A stretch of 49,689 nucleotides of DNA from Candidatus Yanofskybacteria bacterium (GTDB lineage: Bacteria > Patescibacteriota > Minisyncoccia > 2-02-FULL-40-12 > GWA2-44-9). The stretch covers positions 1-49,689 of the forward strand of contig CAIKUK010000009.1 of assembly GCA_903830625.1 (NCBI GenBank), written 5' to 3'. The notes beneath the pieces were generated by a model, which worked only from the letters and a program-made list of their open reading frames with translations, ran no database searches and was not told the DNA's origin. Below, in pieces: positions 36,823 through 45,864 of this stretch (position 1 is its first letter; each line of letters opens with the position of its first letter). A program made the position numbers and the translations under genes.

Positions 36823-39813
36823 CTAGCTCATCGTCCGACGCAACGCGCAGTATTCACAATCCTTATCGTCGCAGAAACGGTTCCAGAATTTGAGATTTAA
36901 GATTTCATCGGCCGTTTCTTTAATGACCTCGGTCAATTCTTCCACTTCTTCAGGCAAAATGATAAACGATTCTTTTTTATATTTTCCTTTTTCGTCAGGC
37001 TCAATGAAATCAATATCGCCCGAAACCATGATGTATTTACGGCCATCTTCATATTTATTCAGAAGTAAATTATAGAACATCAGCTGGCGTTTAATATCGC
37101 CGTTGGAACTCTTGGTTGAACCTTCTATCTCGCCTCGGGTTTTCGGTTTTGAAGTTTTGTAATCCACCACATTCACTTCTTTGCCAGAGCCGAGCATTTC
37201 TATCTTATCTATTTTGCCGGTAATCCTAATATCCCCGACGCTTCGGTCGGGGCGGGCCGGCGCAAGCATAATTCCTCGGAGTTCCAATTCAGTTATCGTT
37301 TTTGTCCGCCAAGAGCCGTGATAATTATCGAAGTAGCCAGCCAAGGTTTTATTTCCTTTTTCCAGCAGTTCGTCATATTCTTTTTTACTTAATGGCTGGC
37401 GTTTTAAATAAGTCTCAAATCTAGACAAAAGAAACTTTTTATCCGCTTTGCCGGTTCGATAAGAATCAAAGAAATCTTTGAGCGTGTAATGCACGGCCGT
37501 GCCGTACATCTGATGCTTGGTTTTCGCCTGCGGAATACGGAGCAGATTGGTATAAAAATATTTCCACGGACAATCCAGATAATTATTCAGAGCGGTGACG
37601 GAAAGGCCGTTACGTTTGAACAGGTCGCCGATAAAAGCTTTACTTTTCAGATCAATACCTTTTTGGATCCGCGGAGCAAAAATTATCTCTTTCTTTTTGG
37701 CAAAATTCTTTTCAATCAACTCGGTGTCTTTGGTGGCAATCAGTTCGGGTTTTATTTCCGTGATGAATTGGCAAGGCAACTGGTCTTGCCCGCTTAAACT
37801 TTCTTTGGCATAAGAAATAGACGCGCCTTTCTTGGCTCTGGTCAGGGCCACGTAGAATAACCGCCGTTCATCATCTTCTGTCGCGCCTTTGTCCAGAATC
37901 CGGCCAGTCAGCGAAAATACCCTCGCCGGTAAGACTAAATGGTTCGGCCGGCGTTTATTGCCCCAATGGCCGTCATAAGCGTTGATAATATAGACGTATT
38001 CAAATTCCTGGCCTTTGGAACGATGTGCGGTCATGAGCCGGATTTGCCCTGCGGATGAGCTGATGCTTTTCTTTAATAATAGATTGTGGGTTTTGAGCGT
38101 AGCCAGATATTGCAGGAATTCCGGCAAGCCGTTCGTCGGATGGACTTCCACCAAATTTTTAATTTCATCAAACAAGCCGTTTAATTTATCCAGCTTCTCC
38201 ATGGTCTGGCCCTTCATGATGTATTTCAAAAATCCCGATTCGGTAATTATCTTTTCAAAAAGTTCCGGCAAAGAAATATTATGCGCCAGCGTGGCCCAGC
38301 CGGCCAGAATTTTATAAAAATTCAAAAAGGCTTCCGGATTTTCCACACCCGCTTTTTTAAGCCGGGTTTTTGATTTTATTATTTCATAAGCCGAAATCTT
38401 TTCTTTATGCGCGGATTCTATAATTTTAAACACGTCCAGCATTTCAAATCCTAAAAAATCAATATTCAGCGCTTCAAGCAGTTTCTGTTCGGAACCGAAA
38501 GTCTGCACTGTTTCCAGAATAAGCAAAACTTTTCTGATATCATAATCCGATAACAAGTCCTGGTCGGATTCAATGGCGAACGGCAGACCGGCTTTTTCAA
38601 ACATGGCCGCCACCGGCGCGGCATCGCGATTATCACGATACAAAACGGCAATTTCTTGAGGTTCAGTGCCGGCTTTTATTTTACTTTTAATATCTTCGGC
38701 TAGGAAAAAATATTCCGCCTCCGGTTTTGAGAATTCATACACGCCTATTTTTTCTTTAGGATGCACCACGTTGGCGCTTAAGGGCTTCTCGCCGGCCAGC
38801 AAGCTATGGGCCGCATCCAGGATTGGCTGGGTAGAACGATAATTCTCTTCCAGAACAATCAGTTTAGCCGACGGATACAATTTTTTAAAATATAAGAAAT
38901 TTTCCAGCGAAGCGCCTTGGAAACGGAAGATGGCTTGCTTCTCATCGCCAACCACAAAGATATTCGGATTGTCGTGATAATTGGCCAGCAGTTCCAGAAT
39001 TTTGTTTTGGGCGTTATTGGTATCTTGATGTTCGTCCACCAAAAAATACTGATACTGTTCTTGAATCTGGAGCAAAAGATTTTCATTCGCGGAAAGTTCG
39101 CGCAGCGTTTCCATAATCATGTCGCTGTAATCATAAAGCTTGGCGGACATCAGTTTGACTTGATACCATTCGTAAATTTTAGCCAGTTCGGCATTTTTGG
39201 CGATTTGTTTTTGCAGTTTTTGATAGTCGCCTTTCATTTTGCCCTTGTGAGCTCCTTTTTCATGATACAAATCATCAATCGCTTCAAAGCTTTTTAATTC
39301 AGCCGTAATAATCTTATGAAACTGCTCGGGCGAAACGCCTTCGCGTTTTAAATCATTCAAACACGCCAAAATCGGGCGGACATAAAACATCGGGTCGCCA
39401 AACGGTCTTAATTCTTTGAGCGGCAAAGTGCCAATCGCCTCCTCTATTAAATTAACCTGATCTACTTCGGTGATATTGTTCGCGCCGATAATGCGTGGAA
39501 ATTCTCCAGGATTGGATTTGATGATTTCGTTACAGAATCCATGAAAAGTATTGATGGCCACCGAATAAGCCGGCGTACCGATCATCTCAGCCAGCCGGCT
39601 GCGCATGGAAGCCACGCCCGATTCGGTAAAGGTCAGCGCTAAAATATTGCCCGGATTGATTTGAGTTTTTTGAAGAATGTTGGCGATGCGCAGAGTTAAG
39701 ATTTGGGTCTTGCCCGTGCCTGGCCCAGCCACCACCATAACCGGCCCTTCGATAGCATCGACGGCCTCGCGCTGGGCCTTATTGAGTTGTTTATAGGCTT
39801 CCTTGAATTCCAT
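36823..39813 (-). CDS. UvrD/PcrA-like SF1A helicase with C-terminal PD-(D/E)XK nuclease and Cys cluster
   Basis: AGPGTGKT, VDEHQD, VGDEKQAIFRF, NYRS, TAHRSKGQEF, YVALTRA, GKIDK..VDYKT, CDDKDCEYC. Confidence 0.92.
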   Translation of the reverse strand: MEFKEAYKQLNKAQREAVDAIEGPVMVVAGPGTGKTQILTLRIANILQKTQINPGNILALTFTESGVASMRSRLAEMIGTPAYSVAINTFHGFCNEIIKSNPGEFPRIIGANNITEVDQVNLIEEAIGTLPLKELRPFGDPMFYVRPILACLNDLKREGVSPEQFHKIITAELKSFEAIDDLYHEKGAHKGKMKGDYQKLQKQIAKNAELAKIYEWYQVKLMSAKLYDYSDMIMETLRELSANENLLLQIQEQYQYFLVDEHQDTNNAQNKILELLANYHDNPNIFVVGDEKQAIFRFQGASLENFLYFKKLYPSAKLIVLEENYRSTQPILDAAHSLLAGEKPLSANVVHPKEKIGVYEFSKPEAEYFFLAEDIKSKIKAGTEPQEIAVLYRDNRDAAPVAAMFEKAGLPFAIESDQDLLSDYDIRKVLLILETVQTFGSEQKLLEALNIDFLGFEMLDVFKIIESAHKEKISAYEIIKSKTRLKKAGVENPEAFLNFYKILAGWATLAHNISLPELFEKIITESGFLKYIMKGQTMEKLDKLNGLFDEIKNLVEVHPTNGLPEFLQYLATLKTHNLLLKKSISSSAGQIRLMTAHRSKGQEFEYVYIINAYDGHWGNKRRPNHLVLPARVFSLTGRILDKGATEDDERRLFYVALTRAKKGASISYAKESLSGQDQLPCQFITEIKPELIATKDTELIEKNFAKKKEIIFAPRIQKGIDLKSKAFIGDLFKRNGLSVTALNNYLDCPWKYFYTNLLRIPQAKTKHQMYGTAVHYTLKDFFDSYRTGKADKKFLLSRFETYLKRQPLSKKEYDELLEKGNKTLAGYFDNYHGSWRTKTITELELRGIMLAPARPDRSVGDIRITGKIDKIEMLGSGKEVNVVDYKTSKPKTRGEIEGSTKSSNGDIKRQLMFYNLLLNKYEDGRKYIMVSGDIDFIEPDEKGKYKKESFIILPEEVEELTEVIKETADEILNLKFWNRFCDDKDCEYCALRRTMS
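37233..37252. repeat. REP-like hairpin in-frame in the helicase-nuclease gene
   Basis: CCCCGAC-GCTTCG-GTCGGGG; same arms as 45739-45758. Confidence 0.65.
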
Positions 39814-39949
39814 CCCGCACATAACAGCCATCAGTTGCTGTAACGCAGTACAATTCAACTTTGTTGATGCGTTCAGCTTCTAGAATGGTCTGCTTTGTTA
39901 ATGACTTTTCGTCCCGCAACATGTACTGCCTATGGCTGTTATGTGCGGG
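39814..39949. mobile_element. 136-bp MITE-like element, copy 2, with 7-bp target duplication containing the start codon
   Basis: Same 18-bp TIR as copy 1; ATTCCAT at 39807-39813 and 39950-39956. Confidence 0.88.
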
Positions 39950-40031
39950 ATTCCATGTTCAGAGTATATCATTTTTATAAATTGACAGGATGGTTTTATA
40001 TTCATACAATCTCCCGAGGAGGGTGGGTAGT

Positions 40032-40316
40032 ATGATTATTGAGAACATTGACGTTGAAGAAATGGTGCGTCAGACGGGTATCGCGGCTGTTACGATTGAA
40101 TATGCTCTCCGAGAAGCAGAGGCCCAGCCCGGCTCAATGGAAGCAGAAAGAGAGGCCGTCTGTCGGTTCGAGCGAGAAGCGCCGGAATTGAGGGTGGCGC
40201 TCATTCTGTATCGCAGAGAGAGGATGGGCAGTCCACTGGAATACGCAATCATCCGACAGATTGCAAGCAGATTCTTCCAGAAGCCCCCAGACCGTGATCC
40301 CGGCGTCGGCAGCTGA
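40032..40316 (+). CDS. Hypothetical protein (orphan cassette)
   Basis: TTGACA-N17-TACAAT (39982-40010), purine-rich SD region, downstream hairpin. Confidence 0.6.
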   Translation: MIIENIDVEEMVRQTGIAAVTIEYALREAEAQPGSMEAEREAVCRFEREAPELRVALILYRRERMGSPLEYAIIRQIASRFFQKPPDRDPGVGS

Positions 40317-40415
40317 AACACGCACCCCGAGCATGCGCAAGATCGCATTGCCTCCGGGTGCGATTTTGTTTCAAAAAAGAATTGGCCGCCTAGTGATGGC
40401 GGCCCAAGGGAGATC

Positions 40416-40706
40416 TCACTTAAAGGTTGCGGCGAGACTTCCCCAAATATCAGTACCTGGCTTCATGATCTCCTCGGCTTCGGCTTCAGTTTTGCCGTGG
40501 CAGTCCATGAGGTGCGCCTTGGTCATGCCTGTCTTGATGTACTCAGCATGACATTCAGGACAGAGACCGTCACAGCACTCTCCAGAATGCATGGCGGCGG
40601 GAACCTCAATCAGGTATTTCTTTTCCAACTCTGGACCAGGATGACGACGAAGAATCGGCCCATGGCAACTGCATCCACAGATGTGTCCACAAAGAACAAG
40701 ACTCAT
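40416..40706 (-). CDS. Cys/His-rich hypothetical protein (orphan cassette)
   Basis: TTGACA-N17-TATATT (40753-40725), SD GAGGAGG, CGCSCH, CC..CPEC, HLMDCH. Confidence 0.65.
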   Translation of the reverse strand: MSLVLCGHICGCSCHGPILRRHPGPELEKKYLIEVPAAMHSGECCDGLCPECHAEYIKTGMTKAHLMDCHGKTEAEAEEIMKPGTDIWGSLAATFK

Positions 40707-40776
40707 ATTAGCCTCCTCATCAAGAATATACGAATAGTTAGCAAAACTGTCAAATCTATGATAAAATCTAACCCAT

Positions 40777-41748
40777 ATGTTAATTGATGACATCACAATC
40801 AGGGTTATGGCCGGCAATGGCGGCAACGGCACGGTCGCTTTTAACAAGAACAAGATGTCTTTGGGTCCGACCGGCGCCACGGGCGGAGCCGGCGGCCAAA
40901 TCTACATAGAAGGGGTCTCCGACCTTGGCGCTTTATTGCGTTTGCGTCACAGCAAGGTTTTTAAAGCCGAAGATGGCAAAATGGGCGGCCGTCAGTACAA
41001 TGACGGTCCAACTGGCGCTGATTTAACGATTCAAGTCCCCGTGGGCACAGTGGTCCATAATTTAGATACCAAAATAGACAAAGAAGTAACCAAAATAGGC
41101 GAAAAATTTATGGTCGCCCGAGGCGGACGGGGCGGGAAAGGTAATTTCCATTTTCGTTCTTCCACTAACACCAGCCCTAAAGAATTTCAAAAAGGCGAAG
41201 ACGGAGAAAAGTATACTATCCGTTTAGAATTAAAACTTATTGCCGATGTCGGTTTGATTGGTCTGCCCAATGCCGGCAAGTCATCGCTTTTAAACGAACT
41301 GACGCGAGCCAAGAGTAAAGTCGCCAATTACGCTTTCACCACTCTGGAACCGAACCTCGGTGTTTATTATGATTTAATCTTGGCAGACGTACCGGGAATT
41401 ATTGAGGGCGCATCCGCTGGCAAGGGTTTGGGTGTTAAGTTTCTCCGACACGTTGAACGCACTAATACCCTTTTCCATTTGTTATCCGCCGAATCAAAAG
41501 ACCCGATTGTTGATTATAATATAATCCGCAATGAGCTCGGTGCCTATAATCCAGCTCTGCTTGAGAAAAAGGAATATCTTTTTATTTCCAAATCAGACAT
41601 GGTTTCATTGGCGGAATTAAAAAAGATAATTACTAAACTAAAAAAGAAGAACTCTACCGTGGTCCCGCTTTCTATTCATGATTCGGACAGTCTAGAACGA
41701 GTCAAGAAAATTCTTAACATTATCGGCGACAAAAAAGTGACTCACTAA
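40777..41748 (+). CDS. obgE: GTPase Obg/CgtA (no OCT domain)
   Basis: AGNGGNG, GGRGGKGN, LELKLIADVGLIGLPNAGKSS, YAFTTLEPNLG, DVPG. Confidence 0.96.
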   Translation: MLIDDITIRVMAGNGGNGTVAFNKNKMSLGPTGATGGAGGQIYIEGVSDLGALLRLRHSKVFKAEDGKMGGRQYNDGPTGADLTIQVPVGTVVHNLDTKIDKEVTKIGEKFMVARGGRGGKGNFHFRSSTNTSPKEFQKGEDGEKYTIRLELKLIADVGLIGLPNAGKSSLLNELTRAKSKVANYAFTTLEPNLGVYYDLILADVPGIIEGASAGKGLGVKFLRHVERTNTLFHLLSAESKDPIVDYNIIRNELGAYNPALLEKKEYLFISKSDMVSLAELKKIITKLKKKNSTVVPLSIHDSDSLERVKKILNIIGDKKVTH

Positions 41749-41774
41749 AGCCACTTTTTACATACCTCGGTTTT

Positions 41775-42227
41775 CTACTTTCGCTCTTCAAGTGTATTGA
41801 GGATTTTGAGAATGAGGTCATTTTGATTTTCCAAATGCTGGAGAATGGTTTCTATTTCTTCTTCGGCTTGAACATTAACTTCAAAATCAGCCTCCGCCCG
41901 GGCTTCGGCGTGTTTGCCCTGAAGATTCTGGCCGACCATGATTAACGGCAAGAGCATCAGCTGAATCATGTTGGAAATGAAAAGCCAAAGCACAAAGGCC
42001 GGGAAAGGATCAAACCGCATTTCAGCCGGACCCGACACATTCCATAATAACCAACCCAGAGTCCACACAAACACAATCAGGAAAAATCCCATTGTCCCAA
42101 TAGTTTCGGTCACGGTCAGAGCAACACGTTCAAGAACCGAAAGTCTTTCCCAGTGTTCAATATTGACATTACGGACCGGACGGCGTTTTTCCCGAAGTTG
42201 ATTAACGGATAACGGGGCGTGAATCAT
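41775..42227 (-). CDS. DUF1003 membrane protein
   Basis: FDPFPAF, PLIMVGQN, RAEADFEVN. Confidence 0.85.
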   Translation of the reverse strand: MIHAPLSVNQLREKRRPVRNVNIEHWERLSVLERVALTVTETIGTMGFFLIVFVWTLGWLLWNVSGPAEMRFDPFPAFVLWLFISNMIQLMLLPLIMVGQNLQGKHAEARAEADFEVNVQAEEEIETILQHLENQNDLILKILNTLEERK

Positions 42228-42274
42228 TGTTTAACGATACCACATTCATTTAAATATGCTATCCACTGAAAAAA

Positions 42275-42670
42275 TTATCGTTTTAATAAACCAAAGAGAG
42301 CGCCGCCAAAAACATCGGCGACAAGATCGCCAAGGGTATCAGTTAAATTACCGCCATAAATGTAATAGCGGAGAAGCTCGTGGGACACTAGAGGCGGCTG
42401 TGAAGTTGAATATTCCATGATTTCCCAAAAGAAACCGACCAACACCCCTAAGGCCATAAATATAATTACCCGCTGAAATTTATCAAATCCTTTAAATTTT
42501 TCGGACCATAAATTACTAAAGAACCAGGCGATAATAATTCCGCCTGATATGTGAAATACTTTGTCTAAATGCGGAAAGGAATCATAGATATTAAAAAAAG
42601 TAAAAACAAACGCGCCTAAAAAGATTACTGCCAGACCAATAATGAAAGGTGTAAGAGCTTTGCGGGTCAT
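42275..42670 (-). CDS. Membrane protein (VanZ/DUF2238-like)
   Basis: DKVFH, FWEIMEY, DTLGDLVAD. Confidence 0.7.
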   Translation of the reverse strand: MTRKALTPFIIGLAVIFLGAFVFTFFNIYDSFPHLDKVFHISGGIIIAWFFSNLWSEKFKGFDKFQRVIIFMALGVLVGFFWEIMEYSTSQPPLVSHELLRYYIYGGNLTDTLGDLVADVFGGALFGLLKR

Positions 42671-42686
42671 CGGTGTTTAAGTATAT

Positions 42687-42723
42687 CAAAACAGACCAAA
42701 ATTTCAAATTTTGGTCTGTTTTG
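42687..42723. terminator. Inverted repeat terminator downstream of the anti-sigma gene
   Basis: CAAAACAGACCAAAATTT-C-AAATTTTGGTCTGTTTTG. Confidence 0.65.
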
Positions 42724-42738
42724 AGGAGTATTAATTTT

Positions 42739-43461
42739 TTAATCTTCTGAGACTTCCCTGCATCGATCTTTAATATGATCGACCATAGGCGATGGCGGAC
42801 GATTATGTTTGGGCCGGTTTTGAATAGTATCTAAAATATCGTTACAGAATTTGGCACGGTCTTCAGGCTGGGCTTTGGGAGGGTTGATTTGGTCAAGAAC
42901 TGTCTCCGTTTCATTCTGAAAATCTTTATTTAACTCATCAATTCGAACCTGTGATTTGTCAGGAACAGGTCTGTCGGAAACAGAAGTATCAGAAGCAACT
43001 GGCGGGTCGCCATGATTTGCCTCTAATTCGGCGACTTCTTCCAGACGGCGGTGAGCAAAAGCTTGGTGAAGCTCAACTTGTTGCACCGGCGAACTTAATC
43101 CCAAACGGACTTGTTCGCTTAGGCGTTTAAAATTATAAAGCGGATGAGTGGCCGGAACATTATTGGCATCAGCGAACACGGCCATGCCGCTGGTCATAGA
43201 GAACACAGCCACGATGGCGATAGTGGCATATTTCCAAGAATTAGAACGGCTCGCCCGTCCCGATTCCGCCTTGTCGGAATCGAGGATCCTCGATTTGGCA
43301 TCAGAATGAGCATTCTGGCCAAATCGGGACTGTTGAGCCAGATTAACAAATCTCGTTCGCGCTGATTTTAAGAACGCTGGGTCGGGTTTAGTAAATTCAC
43401 GAAGACTTTTCTTGAATCGCCAAATAGCTAATTGTTCTTTAATAAAATCAATTATTTTCAT
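42739..43461 (-). CDS. Putative anti-sigma factor (DUF5667)
   Basis: TM followed by PLYNFKRLSEQVRL...RRLEE; coupled to ECF sigma. Confidence 0.75.
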   Translation of the reverse strand: MKIIDFIKEQLAIWRFKKSLREFTKPDPAFLKSARTRFVNLAQQSRFGQNAHSDAKSRILDSDKAESGRASRSNSWKYATIAIVAVFSMTSGMAVFADANNVPATHPLYNFKRLSEQVRLGLSSPVQQVELHQAFAHRRLEEVAELEANHGDPPVASDTSVSDRPVPDKSQVRIDELNKDFQNETETVLDQINPPKAQPEDRAKFCNDILDTIQNRPKHNRPPSPMVDHIKDRCREVSED

Positions 43462-43991
43462 TTTAGATAAGGGATGAGCTTTTTGCGCAACCGATGAATC
43501 GCCACCCGCAAAGCTGATTCTGTTTTACCCGTGATTTGGGCGATATCTGTGTATGGCATATCGGTGACAAAATGCATTTGAAATAATTCCTGTTCTTCCG
43601 CCGGAAAACTTTCAACTATACTCATGATTTCGCGAACTTTAGCGCTTTCATCCGACTTCACCAGTTCCTCGTTTATATTATTGCCTTCATCAGGCAAGTC
43701 GGCAAGATAAGACGGTTTTTTGTGGCGGAAATAATCAATGGCCGAATTGCGCGCGATTTGCCAAATCCAGGCCGTAAAATCCCCGCTTTTTCTATCAAAT
43801 TGATCTATACTTTTTATGACTTTCAAAAAAACTTCTTGGGTCAAATCTTGGGCTGTCTCCTTGTGCCGGATTCGGGCCATAAAAAAGGCGTAGATGGGCT
43901 TGGAAAAGTGATCAAATATCTTCTCTGCCGAGCCGGAATCACCTTTTTGTAGAGCCTCTGCCAGAACATTAAATTGGTCTTTAATAGCCAT
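43458..43991 (-). CDS. ECF RNA polymerase sigma factor
   Basis: AQDLTQEVFLK, FTAWIWQIARN..IDYFR, region 4 IAQITGK...RVAIHR. Confidence 0.93.
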   Translation of the reverse strand: MAIKDQFNVLAEALQKGDSGSAEKIFDHFSKPIYAFFMARIRHKETAQDLTQEVFLKVIKSIDQFDRKSGDFTAWIWQIARNSAIDYFRHKKPSYLADLPDEGNNINEELVKSDESAKVREIMSIVESFPAEEQELFQMHFVTDMPYTDIAQITGKTESALRVAIHRLRKKLIPYLK

Positions 43992-44070
43992 AGGATATAC
44001 GTATAAGCTGGACTCATTGTTTCTGTGTGTGTTCTATTTATAATAGCCTATTTCCTTAATTTTTCAAGCT

Positions 44071-44110
44071 TAAAAACCAAAACAGCCCGAATGGGCTGTT
44101 TTGGTTTTTT
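44071..44110 (-). terminator. Terminator downstream of tRNA-His
   Basis: AAAAACCAAAACAGCCC-GAAT-GGGCTGTTTTGGTTTTT. Confidence 0.7.
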
Positions 44111-44111
44111 C

Positions 44112-44187
44112 TGGGGGGATTAGAGAGAGTTGAACTCTCGCCCGCAGTTCCACAAACTGCTGTGCTAACCGTTACACCATAATCCCC
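44112..44187 (-). tRNA. tRNA-His (GUG)
   Basis: G-1:C73 8-bp acceptor, GCAGT-TTGTGGA-ACTGC anticodon arm, GAGAG-TTCAACT-CTCTC T arm, CCA end. Confidence 0.93.
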
Positions 44188-44669
44188 ATAAATTTTTTCA
44201 TTTCTTCCTTATCTTTGTGTATCAACCGATGACAATTATAACACAACCAAACTAGATTTTCAATGTTATTATTTTTTCGATTTTGATTGATATGATGAAC
44301 TGTTAGAAGGCGTAGATCAATAATGCCACAACGCTTACAAATTTGTGAACCTTTACTGCAAAGCATTATTTTACGATATATATTCTCGCCACCTTTCCAA
44401 TTGGGGTGAGCCGGACCTGAATACATAACTGAATTTCTCCACAGTGTCTGGCAAGATTTATCACAGAAATAATTACCACTTTTTGAGTGATCTAAATGTT
44501 TTGGCATTCTCCAGACATCCTTTCCGCATGTAGTACAAACAACGTACTTTCCTCGTCGACGAGCTTGAGCAGAACAAGTGTTAGAGCAGTATTTTCCATC
44601 ACCACGTTTCAGGTGAGATGGTTTTACATAGAATTCTTTCTTGCAAATACCACAAAAAACTAGGGGCAT
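44172..44669 (-). CDS. HNH endonuclease with N-terminal Zn-finger repeats
   Basis: CxxC...YCS..C repeats, HPNWKGG, CKRC...VHHI..N..NN..ENL..LC..CH. Confidence 0.88.
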   Translation of the reverse strand: MPLVFCGICKKEFYVKPSHLKRGDGKYCSNTCSAQARRRGKYVVCTTCGKDVWRMPKHLDHSKSGNYFCDKSCQTLWRNSVMYSGPAHPNWKGGENIYRKIMLCSKGSQICKRCGIIDLRLLTVHHINQNRKNNNIENLVWLCYNCHRLIHKDKEEMKKFMGIMV

Positions 44670-44770
44670 GCTCTAATTGTATCATTAATTTTAGACGTAA
44701 ACACACCAATCTGTGGATACCACAGAACTGATTCCATACGTCCATGTTTTTACCATTAAAAACTTAATAC

Positions 44771-45610
44771 TTATGGCTGGAGAATATCTTCAGTCCGGCC
44801 GTTGATAGAGATAACAACGTTATTTACACCGGAAAATTGTTTGAGGGTGTTTGTGATTTGAGACCGGATAGCTTGGACACGGCAAGAACCGCCGACTTGA
44901 AATTCCAATGTCTCGTCAAAATCGGCGTAAATCGTATCGCCGGTTCGACGCACTGAATTTATCTGCACACCATCGGGAATAATTGTAGTTGCACCAGCGG
45001 CTTTTTCAGAAGCGGTCGGGCCTTTTAATAATTCATATAGACTGACGTAGGCCACTTCCGAAGTTTTGGTAATCTGACGCGAATACAAACTAACCACACT
45101 GCAGTCGTTGCCGACCGGCGTTTGAATAAAAGCCACTTTAACACTTGCCGTAGCCACAGAATTTAATTTTATTGGAACTGAAGCATATCCTTCAAATGAG
45201 CCATCTCCTTTTGGTGCATAGCTAAACGCCTCTATTTTTAAATCGGAACCCGCTCCGACTGGGATTGGAATTTTGACGCTGTAATTTCCAAAAAGCCCCA
45301 TCTCTTTGGCATCAGAAAATACGTGGGCCGTGGCCACTACTTTGCCGGCCATATCTTTTATTTGAACCGTGAACTGGTTTTCAAACACTCGGGCTTGGCC
45401 AGAAACGGTTATGGGTGAATCAACTGATTGGTTGGCTTTGGGTGAAGTAATGGTTATGTTCTGAACCGGGGTCGGACTCGCAGAAACTGTAACCGAAGCA
45501 GTCGGAGTTAATTCATCCCCAGATTTTGTAATGGAAATAAACCACCAAAGACCCAAACCGAGCAAGATGACAACCAATATCGATAAAATGAGGTTTTTAT
45601 TCATAGCCAT
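44771..45610 (-). CDS. Gmad2 Ig-like + GerMN domain surface protein
   Basis: TM, VSGQARVFENQF, LLKGPT, GGSCRV.AIRSQI..TLKQF, ISINGR. Confidence 0.85.
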   Translation of the reverse strand: MAMNKNLILSILVVILLGLGLWWFISITKSGDELTPTASVTVSASPTPVQNITITSPKANQSVDSPITVSGQARVFENQFTVQIKDMAGKVVATAHVFSDAKEMGLFGNYSVKIPIPVGAGSDLKIEAFSYAPKGDGSFEGYASVPIKLNSVATASVKVAFIQTPVGNDCSVVSLYSRQITKTSEVAYVSLYELLKGPTASEKAAGATTIIPDGVQINSVRRTGDTIYADFDETLEFQVGGSCRVQAIRSQITNTLKQFSGVNNVVISINGRTEDILQP

Positions 45611-45703
45611 ATAATACCTCTTTTGTAATGATTGTACAGGCAGATACAAGGCTATAATCTTTACGTTTCGGCCTTTTTAATGTAGAATTTAATGAGCTGC
45701 GAT

Positions 45704-45718
45704 GCCCTCGTAGCTCAA
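45704..45718 (+). pseudogene. 5' remnant of a tRNA gene interrupted by REP-like hairpins
   Basis: GCCCTCGTAGCTCAA followed directly by palindromes. Confidence 0.5.
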
Positions 45719-45758
45719 AGCCGACGCTGCGGTCGGCTCCCCGACAGAATCGTCGGGG
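45719..45758. repeat. Two tandem REP-like hairpins
   Basis: AGCCGAC-GCTGCG-GTCGGCT and CCCCGAC-AGAATC-GTCGGGG. Confidence 0.7.
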
Positions 45759-45775
45759 CGGAAAAATTAGATAAT

Positions 45776-45847
45776 CCGCCCGTAGTTCAATGGATAGAAC
45801 TGGAGATTTCTAAACTCCAAATGTAGGTCCGATTCCTACCGGGCGGA
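45776..45847 (+). tRNA. tRNA-Arg (UCU), atypical
   Basis: CCGCCCG/CGGGCGG acceptor, loop TTTCTAA, T-loop TCCGATT, no encoded CCA. Confidence 0.8.
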
Positions 45848-45864
45848 CAAGGTTAGTAAAATTT

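Noticed and set aside
11325-39858. N-terminal extensions in the ORF track for engB, mreB, rpoA, rpsM and the UvrD-like gene
   Set aside because: Extensions are read from inserted repeats or intergenic DNA; family homology starts at the downstream ATG
44172-44760. HNH as part of a tRNA intron
   Set aside because: tRNA-His is intact and contiguous; no upstream exon or group I core was recognised
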